Assembly (NCBI GenBank): GCA_001430755.1
Contig: CP013062.1
Span: forward strand, 840,001-872,000
Source: Candidatus Peribacter riflensis
GTDB taxonomy: Bacteria; Patescibacteriota; Gracilibacteria; Peribacterales; Peribacteraceae
Direction: 5' to 3'
Length of the DNA stretch: 32,000 nucleotides
Within the stretch, counting starts at the first letter, position 1. The number at the start of each line of letters is the position of its first letter. A model generated the notes under the pieces. It ran no database searches. It was not told the origin of the DNA and saw only the letters and a list, made by a program, of their open reading frames with translations. Of this stretch, positions 30,508 through 32,000 are shown piece after piece. The translations under genes were made by a program, and so were the position numbers.

Positions 30508-32000
30508 ATGGAATCCAATCGTCGCTTCATCTGGCCGGTTACCGTAGGCCTCATCGGTGTCTGTCTCCTTTTCATCACGCTCCCCGACAGCTGGAAGACC
30601 TGGGCCCCCGGCTTGCTCCGCGCGCCTTCTTTTCACTTCGGGCTCGATTTGGTGGGAGGAACACAGCTCGATTTCCGCATCTCTGAGCAGGAAATGAATG
30701 ACCAGATTGAACGACTGACGACAGAAATCCAGCAGCTCAAAGATGCTGGAGCGGGCTCCGAAAAAATCTACATCTTGGAGCAGCAGTTGCAGAGTACGAA
30801 ACAGCAGCAGACCTCCGTCGTGGAATCCATCCGCACGGTGCTCGAGCGTCGCATCAACGCGCTGGGCGTGAGCGAGGCGGTGATCACCCCCTCGTACATG
30901 GGCGACGAGCGCCATCTGCTCGTCGAGTGTCCGGGTGTAGTCGACACGCAGGCCTGTATCGAAACGGTCGGCAAGACCATTCAATTGGAATTCAAGGAGG
31001 AATTCACCGAGGCAACGGCGGAATTCGAGAAAGGCGTCCGCGAACGCGCAGATGCCTCCCTGCGCCGCATCACCGTGAGCGGTTCGACTCTGGCTGTGGT
31101 GGGGCAGGATCTCGGCTCCACCCTTGGCATCGCCTACAGCGACCAGCAGTGGTTCTTCGAAAAAGATCTTCCGCAGGGACTGGCAGATATCTGGTCGGTA
31201 CCCCGGGGGAAAGTGGTGAAACGGGAAGGCTCGATCATCGTGCCGCAGCAGGATGAGCAGGGACAGGTTACCGAAAAGACCGTTCCGGGAATCTTCCTCG
31301 CAGAAGTTCTGCAGCCACGCACCCAGACGGGACGCGTGATTCAGGAGGCACCGACGGCTTTCGCCCTGCTGGCCAAGGAACGCGGCCTCACCTACACCCC
31401 GCACCTCGAAACTCCCCTCGATGCGAAGGTGGAGCCTTCCCTCGCCGGCGCTTTGCAGGCGATGCAGCCTGGCGATTTGCGCACCGTGAGCGTGGATGAG
31501 ACTTCCGCTGCCCTCCTCTTCCTGCGTGCGCTGATCCCCGGGCAGGAGCAGATGGAAGCGAGCCACATCCTCATCTCCTACAAGGGCGCAGCGGCCGTGG
31601 GAGAGACCGTGACACGCACCAAGGAGGAGGCACTGCAGCTCGCCCAAGACATCAAGAAGCAACTGGATGACGGCGCCGACTTCGCGACGCTGGCCACGCA
31701 GTACTCCGATGACAATGGCGGCAAGGATGGCGGCAGTCTGGGTACCTTCGTCCGCGGAGCAATGGTGGCCCCCTTCGAACAAGCCGCCTTCGCACTCCCG
31801 CAAGCCGGCATCAGCGACCCGACCGAAACGCAATTCGGTTACCACGTCATCCGTGCAGACCGCGCCGCCGCGCTTTCATTCTCAGTCGCCTCCTTCGATG
31901 AACTGCGCTTCAGCGGACTCGATGCCAAAACAAAGGCGGACGTCGCACAGGCAGAACTGCAGGCAGGCAAGGTGACGCAGATGGAAGACGCCATCGCCCT
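30508..32000 (+). CDS. secD: SecD-like protein translocase subunit, N-terminal 497 codons, with embedded parvulin-type PPIase domain (continues past the right edge)
   Basis: Absent from the ORF track because it has no stop in the window. Hand translation from ATG 30508 is open to base 32000. It has a TM helix (FIWPVTVGLIGVCLLFITL) and the SecD hallmarks FGLDLVGGTQLDF and ERRINALGVSEAVITP...RHLLVECPGVVDTQ...VGKTIQLEFKE. A parvulin domain follows: ASHILISYKG....ADFATLATQYSDDNGGKDGGSLGTFVRGAMVAPFEQAAFAL..G.ISDPTETQFGYHVIRA. Confidence 0.85.
   Translation, partial: MESNRRFIWPVTVGLIGVCLLFITLPDSWKTWAPGLLRAPSFHFGLDLVGGTQLDFRISEQEMNDQIERLTTEIQQLKDAGAGSEKIYILEQQLQSTKQQQTSVVESIRTVLERRINALGVSEAVITPSYMGDERHLLVECPGVVDTQACIETVGKTIQLEFKEEFTEATAEFEKGVRERADASLRRITVSGSTLAVVGQDLGSTLGIAYSDQQWFFEKDLPQGLADIWSVPRGKVVKREGSIIVPQQDEQGQVTEKTVPGIFLAEVLQPRTQTGRVIQEAPTAFALLAKERGLTYTPHLETPLDAKVEPSLAGALQAMQPGDLRTVSVDETSAALLFLRALIPGQEQMEASHILISYKGAAAVGETVTRTKEEALQLAQDIKKQLDDGADFATLATQYSDDNGGKDGGSLGTFVRGAMVAPFEQAAFALPQAGISDPTETQFGYHVIRADRAAALSFSVASFDELRFSGLDAKTKADVAQAELQAGKVTQMEDAIA

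Noticed and set aside
30460-31845. 461-aa minus-strand ORF
   Set aside because: It is antisense to the hand-translated SecD/parvulin ORF, which carries clear family motifs. The minus-strand product is Arg/Leu/Gly/His-rich nonsense.

Overview
GC-rich bacterial chromosomal segment, densely coding on both strands. The high GC produces many long antisense shadow ORFs in the supplied track. I can support about 30 protein genes, one tRNA-Glu(CUC), two gene remnants, several promoters and terminators, and a pair of ~170-bp structured repeats. Recognisable genes: hpf, bL25/Ctc, uvrC, rlmH, a RumA/RlmD-type RNA methyltransferase, ADP-forming acetyl-CoA synthetase, an SDR, a P2-type cation ATPase, an AI-2E transporter, a Crp/Fnr regulator, a GT2 glycosyltransferase, a sugar-phosphate nucleotidyltransferase, a DUF3048 protein and secD. 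Two real genes are missing from the ORF track because they run off the window edges. One is a minus-strand ORF from 3164 to base 1 (at least 1054 codons, translated by hand with no stop). The other is a plus-strand SecD-like ORF from 30508 to 32000. Most interesting: (1) a promoter-driven operon of orphan proteins (two paralogs, a 68-codon ORF and the giant membrane protein) at 1-5930; (2) an Hcp1-family (T6SS tube fold) protein that appears to carry a Sec-type signal peptide, with no other T6SS gene present; (3) uvrC carrying an embedded GNAT-like domain plus a hairpin/G-quadruplex-encoding micro-insertion; (4) SecD with an embedded parvulin PPIase domain; (5) two copies of a ~170-bp GC-rich element whose hairpins persist despite sequence and length changes; (6) a small lipoprotein cassette flanked by a duplicated acetyl-CoA synthetase 3' end next to the tRNA; (7) no Shine-Dalgarno motifs, with starts that are either leaderless (-10 box 6-9 nt upstream) or preceded by G-depleted CT-rich leaders. 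No CRISPR array, transposase or integrase is visible. All homology statements come from my own recognition of motifs, not from database searches.
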